This document shows positions 55,565-64,000 of a DNA stretch of 64,000 bases, piece by piece. The translations under genes and the position numbers were made by a program. Each line of letters begins with the position of its first letter. Within the stretch, counting starts at the first letter, position 1. The stretch comes from Candidatus Undinarchaeales archaeon (lineage in GTDB: Archaea; SpSt-1190; JASMDC01). The stretch is taken from NCBI GenBank assembly GCA_030753015.1, contig JASMDC010000017.1:1-64000 (forward strand), read 5' to 3'. The notes below the pieces were generated by a model. The model was not told where the DNA came from, ran no database searches, and worked only from the letters and a program-made list of their open reading frames with translations.

Positions 55565-57868
55565 ATGGTTCGTCCGGCGGTGGCCTGCTGCGAGTTCGAG
55601 CTCGTGGGCGAGGAGAGCGGTGAGGACACGATCCGCGTGAACTGTGTGGGGTGTCCCTACGGTTCATCCCTCGAGGACAGCGAGGTCTGCATGCTCAGGA
55701 CCATGAACAAGCTCTCCCAGGTGCGGACCGCGAGCCGGGTGATCCTGGCCGAGCGTCGGCTCTATGAGTACGGTCAGAACCAGACCGCCATGCTCAAGGA
55801 GATCATTCGTGTTATCGAGCAGATCCGCGCCACGCCCCAGCTCTTCAGCCCGGCGATGATGGGCACCAACAACATCCGCTGCACTCGGTGCTTCCCGGCG
55901 CGCTTCCGCTACATGCAGACCATGGTCACCGACACCCTACGCCGGGACCCGGTCTCCGCCTACGTGGACATGCGCAGGACCATCCGACACGAGGAGATGT
56001 ACGTCAAGAAGGAGGTGGGCGAGTGCCAGGCATGCACGGCCTACTACGTCTCTCGGGTGCTCAAGGTGGTACTCAACCTGTTTGAGGGCCTTCACCTCAT
56101 CCGGGGATTGAAGCCCTATCTCGAGGGCCACCGCGAGGGCGACCGGAGCATCTATCAGAAGGTGCTCAAGCCGGCCATCCGCCCCAACTTCATGCTCACG
56201 CGCATGATGGCGGACTTCCCTCAGGATGCAGAGGAGGTGGATAGTTACAAGGTACCGGGCGACATCAAGGTCACCATCCTGAAGGTCCCCGGCGCGGTCC
56301 GCTTTATTTATCATACAATGCCTCCCGAGCTCAGGCTCTCCGAGGACGAGTTCAGTGTCCTCGATATGGCCCGGCAGGTATTGGCCGCCCACAATCCCGA
56401 GAGCGCCGAGCTGCTGGACCCGGAGCGCATGCGCACCACCTTCCTCGACATATCCAAGGACCTCATCAGCGAGTTCGCGCTGCGCGAGCAGATCCAGTTC
56501 GACAGGGATCGGTTGGACGTGCTCTCCGAGGTGCTCACCCGCGAGACAACCGGGTACGGTATCCTAGAGGTCATGCTCGCCGACGAACGGGCACAGGACC
56601 TGTCGGTGAACGCGCCGCCCGGGGAGCTGCCGGTGTTCATCTTTCACGCTGACTTCGAGGACATGGAGTCCAACATCATCCCCACACGCGAGGAGGTGGA
56701 GAGCTGGGCCGCCCGCATGCGTCTATCGTCCGGCCGCCCCCTGGACCAGGCCAATCCCATTCTCGACACGTCCATCGAGCTGCCCTTCGCCCGCGCACGT
56801 GTGTGCGCAGTCACCCGCTCGTTGTCAGCCTATGGGCTGGCCTTCTCCATTCGGCGTCACCGGGACAATCCCTGGACCCATCCCCTGTTCATGAAGGTGA
56901 AGATGATCAACGCCCTCGGGTGTGGGCTGATGTCCTTCTTCATCGACGGCGCCCGCACCATGCTCATATGCGGTACCCGCGGCTCGGGGAAGTCGGCGTT
57001 CCTCGGCTCGAACCTAATTGAGATCATGCGGCGTTATCGCATCATCACCATTGAGGACACCCTGGAGCTGCCTACGGTGTTCATGCGCAAGTTGGGGTTC
57101 AACATCCTCTCCATGAAGGTGGGCTCGGCGGTGGGCGGGGCATCCAGCTCCGAGCTGACGCCCGCTGACGGCATCCGGTCGTCCCTGCGTCTTGGCGACT
57201 CGGCCCTCATCCTGGGCGAGGTGCGCTCACTTGAGACGCTCGCACTTTACGAGGCCATGCGGGTCGGCGCGGCGGCCAACGTGGTGGCGGGGACCATCCA
57301 CGGCGACAGCCCCTTCGGTGTGTTCGACCGTGTGGTCAACGACCTGGGGGTTCCCAAGACATCTTTCAAGGCGACCGACATAATCGTGTTCGTACGCCCC
57401 ATCCGCTCAGCGGACGGGCTGCACAAGCTTCGGCGCGTCACCGAGATCGTGGAGGTTGGCAAGGAATGGGTGGACGATCCCGAGCGGGAGAACGCCTTTC
57501 ATACCCTCATGGAGTACGACACCAAGAAGGATGAGATGATTCCCACCTCCACCCTCATCGACGGCGAGTCGGAGGCCATCTCGGCCATATCCGGAACGGT
57601 CAAGGAGTGGGTGGGCAACTTCGATGCCGTATGGGCTAACATCGAGATGCGCGCCGAGTACAAGCGACGTATTCTCGACTACGTGACCAGGGCGAAGCTG
57701 CCACAGCTTCTCGAGGCGCCTTTCGTGGTGAGATGCAACGACATGTTCCACATCCTAGTGGGCGAGGTGACCGACGAGCTGGGGAGCGCTGTCCCGGACG
57801 AGGTGCTCGGACGCTGGACCCTGTGGCTCCGCAAGGCGATCAAGGAGGAGCGGACCCGAAAGAAGTGA
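55565..57868 (+). CDS. Type II/IV secretion - type IV pilus assembly ATPase (VirB11/TadA/FlaI family) with Cys-rich N-terminus
   Basis: GTRGSGKS, TIEDTLEL, LRLGD, ILGEVR, GTIHG; TTTATAA upstream. Confidence 0.93.
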   Translation: MVRPAVACCEFELVGEESGEDTIRVNCVGCPYGSSLEDSEVCMLRTMNKLSQVRTASRVILAERRLYEYGQNQTAMLKEIIRVIEQIRATPQLFSPAMMGTNNIRCTRCFPARFRYMQTMVTDTLRRDPVSAYVDMRRTIRHEEMYVKKEVGECQACTAYYVSRVLKVVLNLFEGLHLIRGLKPYLEGHREGDRSIYQKVLKPAIRPNFMLTRMMADFPQDAEEVDSYKVPGDIKVTILKVPGAVRFIYHTMPPELRLSEDEFSVLDMARQVLAAHNPESAELLDPERMRTTFLDISKDLISEFALREQIQFDRDRLDVLSEVLTRETTGYGILEVMLADERAQDLSVNAPPGELPVFIFHADFEDMESNIIPTREEVESWAARMRLSSGRPLDQANPILDTSIELPFARARVCAVTRSLSAYGLAFSIRRHRDNPWTHPLFMKVKMINALGCGLMSFFIDGARTMLICGTRGSGKSAFLGSNLIEIMRRYRIITIEDTLELPTVFMRKLGFNILSMKVGSAVGGASSSELTPADGIRSSLRLGDSALILGEVRSLETLALYEAMRVGAAANVVAGTIHGDSPFGVFDRVVNDLGVPKTSFKATDIIVFVRPIRSADGLHKLRRVTEIVEVGKEWVDDPERENAFHTLMEYDTKKDEMIPTSTLIDGESEAISAISGTVKEWVGNFDAVWANIEMRAEYKRRILDYVTRAKLPQLLEAPFVVRCNDMFHILVGEVTDELGSAVPDEVLGRWTLWLRKAIKEERTRKK

Positions 57869-57872
57869 TGCC

Positions 57873-60053
57873 ATGGCGGACCCACCGAAGCCTGAAGGAA
57901 GGACCATCGGGGCGGGTTCGTACTCCATCAACATGAACGAGCTCGATCAGGTCTACAACAAGTACAAGCAAGGTCCCCAGGTCCCTTTGGGCTGGGGCGC
58001 TGGTCAGCAGCAGAACACGGGGTTCGAGCGGTCTCGCTCCTTCCAGATCTTCAAGGAGGAGGAGTCCGTGCACATGGACAATCCCATCGAGAACGCCTAC
58101 CGGATGGCCGGGCAGTACATCCCCATCGAGGCGCCGCCCGAGATCGCTACCTTCCTCAACAACAGCCTGAAGATGTCCGGATTGCGGATCACGGCCAACG
58201 ACGTCATGGCCCTGGCCATCGGGATCCTTATGGTAACGTTCGTCATCGGGTTCGCCATCATCGCCGTGCCCTTCATGTGCAAGGACACGGGCATAGGCAC
58301 GAAGTGCTACTCTTTGGGCGACCAGTCGGGGCTTGCAGGCATCACCGCGATCATGGCCCCCATCGTTTTTGCTATAGCCATCATCCTCTACCCCATGTTC
58401 CGCACCACGGTGGCCAAGGTGCATATCGCAGGTACAGCGCCGCTGGCCGTGCTGTATATAGTCATCTACCTGCGCTCCTCGCCGAGCCTCGAGTCGGCGG
58501 TGGCGTTCTCCGCAAAGAACGTGACCGGTCCGCTGGGCGACGAGCTCAAGCATCTCCAGTGGGGGGTGGCGACGCGCGAGTTCCCTGACACCCAGCAGGC
58601 CCTGGTGCAGTTCAGCGAGAAGGTGCAGGACTGGGCGCCGGGCATCTCCGATGCCTTCTATCTCATAGCCGGTTCGACCCAGCAGCCTACGCCTGAGAAG
58701 CGGGTAGAGATGCTCGATAAAGCGGTCAATGGCGCCCTCACGTCCACCCGCCACACCATGCAGCAGTTCGGTCGCTCGCTCCAGATGCCCGCCATCGTGG
58801 TGAACGCCCTGGGTATCCTGCTACCGGTCATGGGGCTCGTGATGGCCCCCATCGTCACGATCATGCTCTCTGACGGCGGAGGTGTGGATATAACCCTCGC
58901 TGTGCTCTATAATGTCATCCTACCGGCGATCATCCTGATGATCATCTACGTCCTGGGGAGCCGTCGTCCGGGCTCGTTCTCCAGTGTCGACGTGTCAAAG
59001 CATCCCGACGCCCCCAAGCCGGGCTGCTACAGGCTCTCGATGGGTAGCTCGACCTATGACATCCCACTGCTCCCCATCTCACTGCTGATATTTGTCCTGG
59101 GCGCGGCCTACAGCGGTGCCTTCCTTATCAACGAGTACGTGCTCGGATCCGGCGCTGACGCGACCGCGCTCCAGGATGCGACCCGGGCCTTCCAGACCAT
59201 GCCCATCATCGTATGCTCAGGTTTGGCCATCGGTATCTACGGGATCGGCATGTCCTCGCAGCGCATGTCCATCCGCAACCACATCAAGGACACTGAGAAG
59301 GAGTTCTCCTCGGCCCTATACCAACTTGGGAACATCATGAACCAGGGCCAACCCTTCGAGATCGCCGTCACTCGTGCGGGGGAGATCATGTCCACGTCGG
59401 TCATGCGGCCGTTCCTGTTGTCCATCGCCCGCAACATCCAGCAGCTGGGCATGCCCTTGCACCAGGCCGTGTACGATCCTGAGTACGGCGCCCTGCGATA
59501 CTGCCCTTCAGACCTGGTGGCCAACGTGCTGGAGATCGTCTTGGATTCCACCAAGCGGGGAGTGCGCATTGCGGCCACGACCACCATGAACATCGCCACC
59601 TACCTGGACAACATCGAGGAGGTGTCCACCGAGATCGAGGGCCTGCTCTCCGAGTCCATGTCCAGCATGAAGTTCCAGGCCTACCTCCTCGCCCCCGTGG
59701 TGTGCGGAATCATCGTCGGGCTCTCGCAGATGATCACGGGTATCCTTGCAGGTGTTGGGCAGAAGGTGGACGAAGGCGGCCTGGGAGGTCAGATGTCGGG
59801 CGGCGGGATGGGTGGTGCCTTCAGCGCCGAGAACGCAGTGCCCCCCGACCGGCTTCAGCTCATCGTCGGCATCTACATCGTCCAGCTACTGTCCATCCTC
59901 GGCTACTTCTGTGCCCTCCTAGAGAGCGGGCCCAATGACACGGTGGCCATGTACCAGAGCATAGGGCAGACGGTGCTCATAGGTACTATTGTGTACAGCT
60001 CCGTCTGCATCGTCACCACACTGGTGTTCGCCGGGATGGCCACGTTCGTTTAG
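57873..60053 (+). CDS. Type IV pilus/T2SS membrane platform protein (TadB/TadC/FlaJ-like, fused)
   Basis: Multiple TM helices; YLRSSPSLESAV, EKEFSSALYQLGN..QGQPFE; directly follows the ATPase. Confidence 0.88.
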   Translation: MADPPKPEGRTIGAGSYSINMNELDQVYNKYKQGPQVPLGWGAGQQQNTGFERSRSFQIFKEEESVHMDNPIENAYRMAGQYIPIEAPPEIATFLNNSLKMSGLRITANDVMALAIGILMVTFVIGFAIIAVPFMCKDTGIGTKCYSLGDQSGLAGITAIMAPIVFAIAIILYPMFRTTVAKVHIAGTAPLAVLYIVIYLRSSPSLESAVAFSAKNVTGPLGDELKHLQWGVATREFPDTQQALVQFSEKVQDWAPGISDAFYLIAGSTQQPTPEKRVEMLDKAVNGALTSTRHTMQQFGRSLQMPAIVVNALGILLPVMGLVMAPIVTIMLSDGGGVDITLAVLYNVILPAIILMIIYVLGSRRPGSFSSVDVSKHPDAPKPGCYRLSMGSSTYDIPLLPISLLIFVLGAAYSGAFLINEYVLGSGADATALQDATRAFQTMPIIVCSGLAIGIYGIGMSSQRMSIRNHIKDTEKEFSSALYQLGNIMNQGQPFEIAVTRAGEIMSTSVMRPFLLSIARNIQQLGMPLHQAVYDPEYGALRYCPSDLVANVLEIVLDSTKRGVRIAATTTMNIATYLDNIEEVSTEIEGLLSESMSSMKFQAYLLAPVVCGIIVGLSQMITGILAGVGQKVDEGGLGGQMSGGGMGGAFSAENAVPPDRLQLIVGIYIVQLLSILGYFCALLESGPNDTVAMYQSIGQTVLIGTIVYSSVCIVTTLVFAGMATFV

Positions 60054-60105
60054 GGCGGCCTCGGCGCAGGATTTATATATTGCACGCGCCTCCTCTTCTA
60101 TCGAG

Positions 60106-62853
60106 ATGGTGGACTATCGGGGGAGGCTCGCGGCATTGCTCCTTGCCCTCATACTCCTGCTCGTACCGAGCCTGGGCGCTCAGGCGGAGCGCATCATCGA
60201 GGAGGTGGAAATGCGCCACCTGGACATGATGTCCATCCGGGCACGCTACGTCCTTCCCGCCGAGGCCATGGAGCGGCTCACCGCCACGGCCCTGGCTGAT
60301 ATCTGTCGCCGTCTACCGTTCGATGACTGCACCTATACGGTGGAGGAGGGTGCTCGTACCGTCATCTTCGAGGCGACTGGCGTCCCCGATATTGACCTCA
60401 TTGACGCTACCAAGGTGGGCGCTGAGACTATACTCACCTTCCGTCACCGGTACATTCCCCTCCAATCGCGGTTGGGCTCCATCGGCGGGCAGGAGCAGCG
60501 GCTCACTATCCGCTATCCCACCCACGCCCTGGCTTATGAGGATGTACCGAGTCGGGAGATGGAGAACACATTCGTAATATCAGGAGTGGCTCGACCAGTG
60601 GAGTGGTTCGCCCGGGAGGACCGGGTCCCCGTGGGTGAACCCATCGAGGTCGACATGGGTGCGGGCGAGTTCTGCTTCGTAGGCCTCTATATCGAGGGCC
60701 GGATGGTCGGCCGTGCCATGGCGCTGGGATGCGGCCCGATCATGCTCCCCACCGACTCCGCACTGGTGGGCAAGGATGCCGATGTCCGGCTCGTGAACTA
60801 CGCAATGGGTGCCCTGCGGTACTCCGAGCTCCCGCCCGGTAGTCTTGGCGTGCTACCCCCGGAGTTCCCCATCAGGCTCCAGGTCACCCCGTACGAGGTC
60901 CCATCCGGAGCACCGTTCTACCTGCAGATCTTCACCGATGAACCCTTGACCGGGTGCCACATCTCCCTGAACGACAGGGGCGGCCATACCCTCATGACAA
61001 GCGAGTTCGAGGAGTGCGAGAACATCCTCCTGGGCACGAGCACCGCGTGGCGCGCCGGTGAGCATTATATCAAGGTCAAGGCCTACGCGGGGGCCCGGAC
61101 GGGTGAGGCCGCCACCAACTTCAACCTCGTGGACAAGGTAGGGTTCCGCAAGGGACCCGAGCTCAACCTTGAGCAGAACGTGTACACCGCCGGTGAGCAG
61201 GTGCGATTGTGGGGCGAGGACCTGGGCGGCTCGGCCTACTGCAGCGCACGCCTGGAGACAGCCGATGGCATCCTCGTGGAGGAGACCAACTCCCTGGGGT
61301 GCGAGAAACTCCATATGACCCTGGACGAGGAGCTGCCGGCGGGCAACTACGTGGTCCGCACCGACCTCATCGAGCGTGGACGGCTCACGGGCCGAGCCAG
61401 CTTCCCGGTCCAGGTGCGCGCATGGAATCCTGAGCCAGGATCCCCTGTCGCCCGACTGTGCCCAGGCGGCGCCTTCCGTCTCCGCGAGGAGCGACTGCCT
61501 TGTCTCCGCTCCGGTAACGCCTGCACACCGACCTCCCTGGAAGTGCCCCTCTGCCTGTGCTTCGGTTCCGGCGGGAAGATCGCTGATGTGTGCCACTTCG
61601 GCGAGACCTGCGGTCGTGTCAAGTGCGAGGAGCGGGCCGTCAGTCCCTACATGATCGTGTATCACGAGGGCCAGTGTCTGGCCCGCCGGGGGACCCATGC
61701 CCTTGCCTGCGCCCGCCAGGGCGAGATGTGCACCGAGGCGTGCGTGTGCCTCTCCGATGACGGCAATCCCATCGCTCGCTGCGTGGGCGGGGAGCTGTGC
61801 ACCGAGCGCGGGTGCGAGGAGCCGCGGCTGTTGTTACGCGTGGATTCCGTCGAACCGGACATCGTGCGCGAGAACGAGGTGCGCGACGGCATCATGATCA
61901 AGGTAACAGGTGTCCTGAAGTACGACGGCAAGGTCATCAGGTCGGCGGACGTCCAGGTCAAAGCCTACCTGGCGGGGGAGGAGCACGTCGGGATGATCGA
62001 GGATACCGTGGACGGGGCGCGTGTGATAATCACCGTGCCAGTGACGGGCGAGATGCTACCGGGAGAGTATCAGCTCACTCTGCAGTTCAGCCGCGGGGAC
62101 GACCGTGTGATGGTCCAGAAGCCGTTCACCGTATGGTATGCCGACGATGTCCTCACCATCCAGCAGGTCCAGTTCCAGAAGAGCATCGCCCGGGAGGACC
62201 TGGCAGCCGGCAGCACGTCCAAGATGCGCGTCAAGCTCCTCGACCAGGGCGGTCGGGAGATGCTCGGCGTGCCCGTGGATTCCATGGACCTGGACATCAA
62301 CGACGTGACCATCAACTCACTGGCCGCCAAGTACGAGTCAGGTTCCTACATAGTCGTGGGGAGCCTCGAGGCCGACCTACCCGCAGGTCCCAGACACGTG
62401 AAGTTCGCCGTCAACCACCTGGGGCGCCAGGGCGAGCTCACCGGTACTCTGAACGTTCTTAATGAGCCACCGCTGTCCATGTCCGTCCTCGACGTGGAGC
62501 CCGGGAAGAAAGAGAAGCCCATCCTGTTCATCCTCCTCTCCGGGCTCGGATTCGACCTGGACCTGTACCTTAACATCGGTGGTGTCGAGCAGATCAACAA
62601 AGAGAACACGAAGGTGACGATCAACGGGCAGGACATCACCCGTCTCATGTCGTATGCCGTGAACACGAACAAAGGCGTCCGCATGCACATGACGTCGGTG
62701 AGCCTCTGCCCCGAGGTACCGCCCCAGGGCGCCAAGCTGCTGCTCGAGGTGACCCTCTCACGGGACAGTGAGAGCGTGTCCGACCGGATCGTGCTCCACA
62801 CCAGGGGCAATCCCGGTGACTGGTCCAACATGGGGGTGGCCGGCTGTGCATAG
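60106..62853 (+). CDS. Large secreted multi-Ig-like/Cys-rich protein (paralogue of 23990-26860)
   Basis: Signal peptide from ATG 60106; TTTATATA at 60072; YTAGEQV, LPAGNYVV modules; Cys-rich centre. Confidence 0.82.
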   Translation: MVDYRGRLAALLLALILLLVPSLGAQAERIIEEVEMRHLDMMSIRARYVLPAEAMERLTATALADICRRLPFDDCTYTVEEGARTVIFEATGVPDIDLIDATKVGAETILTFRHRYIPLQSRLGSIGGQEQRLTIRYPTHALAYEDVPSREMENTFVISGVARPVEWFAREDRVPVGEPIEVDMGAGEFCFVGLYIEGRMVGRAMALGCGPIMLPTDSALVGKDADVRLVNYAMGALRYSELPPGSLGVLPPEFPIRLQVTPYEVPSGAPFYLQIFTDEPLTGCHISLNDRGGHTLMTSEFEECENILLGTSTAWRAGEHYIKVKAYAGARTGEAATNFNLVDKVGFRKGPELNLEQNVYTAGEQVRLWGEDLGGSAYCSARLETADGILVEETNSLGCEKLHMTLDEELPAGNYVVRTDLIERGRLTGRASFPVQVRAWNPEPGSPVARLCPGGAFRLREERLPCLRSGNACTPTSLEVPLCLCFGSGGKIADVCHFGETCGRVKCEERAVSPYMIVYHEGQCLARRGTHALACARQGEMCTEACVCLSDDGNPIARCVGGELCTERGCEEPRLLLRVDSVEPDIVRENEVRDGIMIKVTGVLKYDGKVIRSADVQVKAYLAGEEHVGMIEDTVDGARVIITVPVTGEMLPGEYQLTLQFSRGDDRVMVQKPFTVWYADDVLTIQQVQFQKSIAREDLAAGSTSKMRVKLLDQGGREMLGVPVDSMDLDINDVTINSLAAKYESGSYIVVGSLEADLPAGPRHVKFAVNHLGRQGELTGTLNVLNEPPLSMSVLDVEPGKKEKPILFILLSGLGFDLDLYLNIGGVEQINKENTKVTINGQDITRLMSYAVNTNKGVRMHMTSVSLCPEVPPQGAKLLLEVTLSRDSESVSDRIVLHTRGNPGDWSNMGVAGCA

Positions 62854-64000
62854 ACGACGGGGCCAGATGGCGCTGATCGGCCTGGCCGCCGTAGCACTGG
62901 TCGTGCTCGTGGTGACCTACATCATGCTCTCAGGCCGCTCTGTCGAGCACAGGGCCGCTATCAAGGAGGGAGAGTTGGAGGACCTTGTTTCCGAGTTCGA
63001 TAACGAGCAGCGGTACATGGAGAAGGTGCTATCGGAGGCGATCAACGGCGCGATCTCCGAGATGGTCTCCCATGGCGGGTACACTGAAGAGTCGCTTCCC
63101 AAGCTCAACCGTCATGGTGTCCCCTTCTTCTTTTACAAGGGGAACATTGTCAACATCCCGACGCTCAACCTCATGAACCAGATGCTCGCCCAGGAGGTCG
63201 AGCGCCGGGTCAACAGCCAGCTCGACAGGCACCGGGAGGAGGTCAAGGGTCGTCGGGACCAGTACGAGATAGGTTACCCTTCCATAAAGGCCAACCTCTC
63301 GGAGGAGTTCGCTATCGCAGGCATGACGATCCCTGTCTCGGTGATGCGTGAAGGTGACAAGGTACGATCCACGATGAATTTCGAGAAGATTCTCCCCTCA
63401 AAGCTGGGTAACTTCCGCAAGCTCGCAGAGGCCTACATAGTTGAGTACGAGCAGATCCGCATCGTGGAGGAAAGCCTCATCTCGGGTATGATCCAGGACG
63501 ATCGGGTTTGGGAGCCGCCGGGCCGGATGATGCACTCCGTGTCCTGTGACGATCCCCCCCACAAGACCTGGTACGATCTCTACAGCCCTATCCAGGAGAA
63601 CGCCGAGGTAGCGGTTGCGCTGGAGCAGGTGCGACTGCGCGCAGTGTACGGGCGCTCGAACCTCCAGTGGGGTCTGGGCTTCAACGTCGCCGACGTGGAG
63701 ATGGCTATCGTCGCGAATATCGGTAACCTTGACTGGTCGGGACGGGACTGGTCAACGGACTCGTACCCCGATAAGGTCTTCCTGGTCCCCCAGAAGTTCC
63801 CGCCCATGAGCGCCTCGACCGATATCTGCTACTCGGTCTACACTTGTGCGTACGATATCACCTTCCCAATCCTGGTCACTGCCATGGACCTCACACCGAC
63901 CGGCCGGCTGGTGAGCAGCGAGGGTCAGGACGTTTCCCAGACGCCGGAATTCCGGTTCTACATCCAGCCCTATCTGGGCCATTACGATGACGGGCGGCCC
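62846..64000 (+). CDS. Class III signal peptide (pilin-like) large protein, truncated by the window end (paralogue of 26857-28917)
   Basis: GTG 62846: MHRRRG/QMALIGLAAVALVVLVV...SHGGYTEESLPKLNRHGVPFFFYKGNIVNIPT; no stop is annotated before the window end. Confidence 0.8.
   Translation, partial: MHRRRGQMALIGLAAVALVVLVVTYIMLSGRSVEHRAAIKEGELEDLVSEFDNEQRYMEKVLSEAINGAISEMVSHGGYTEESLPKLNRHGVPFFFYKGNIVNIPTLNLMNQMLAQEVERRVNSQLDRHREEVKGRRDQYEIGYPSIKANLSEEFAIAGMTIPVSVMREGDKVRSTMNFEKILPSKLGNFRKLAEAYIVEYEQIRIVEESLISGMIQDDRVWEPPGRMMHSVSCDDPPHKTWYDLYSPIQENAEVAVALEQVRLRAVYGRSNLQWGLGFNVADVEMAIVANIGNLDWSGRDWSTDSYPDKVFLVPQKFPPMSASTDICYSVYTCAYDITFPILVTAMDLTPTGRLVSSEGQDVSQTPEFRFYIQPYLGHYDDGRP

Noticed and set aside
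55565-60053. Archaellum operon
   Set aside because: No archaellin or flaF/G/H genes are adjacent; the KaiC-like ATPase at 48066 is unlinked.

Overview
High-GC archaeal chromosomal window. Archaeal markers are LonB, aIF1/SUI1, MC1, CarS, Pth2, Dph5, Taw1, TATA-box promoters and class III signal peptides; the protein families look DPANN-like, which is an inference. The first ~1.6 kb is largely AT-richer and reads as the end of an integron-like cassette array. It has two intact ~142-bp attC-like hairpins, one truncated copy and one decayed copy, with core sites complementary across each cassette. The cassettes are two ORF-less units (one with a 15-bp stem-loop) and a relBE-type toxin-antitoxin pair whose toxin is frameshifted. 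The rest of the window holds B12-radical SAM/glycosyltransferase genes, a U32 pair, an SNF2 helicase pair, many Cys-rich or Ig-like surface proteins, housekeeping genes, a KaiC/DUF835 module and a type IV pilus/T2SS-like locus with a GMGPP-repeat protein. The main novelty candidates are (1) a 614-aa protein of tandem ubiquitin-E2-variant (UEV/RWD)-like domains lacking the catalytic Cys, abutting a membrane coiled-coil protein with an NZF/RanBP2-spaced zinc finger; (2) the attC cassette array; and (3) one small N-terminal helical domain shared by five otherwise dissimilar proteins. All calls were made by eye from motifs, with no database searches. No rRNA, tRNA or CRISPR array was seen.
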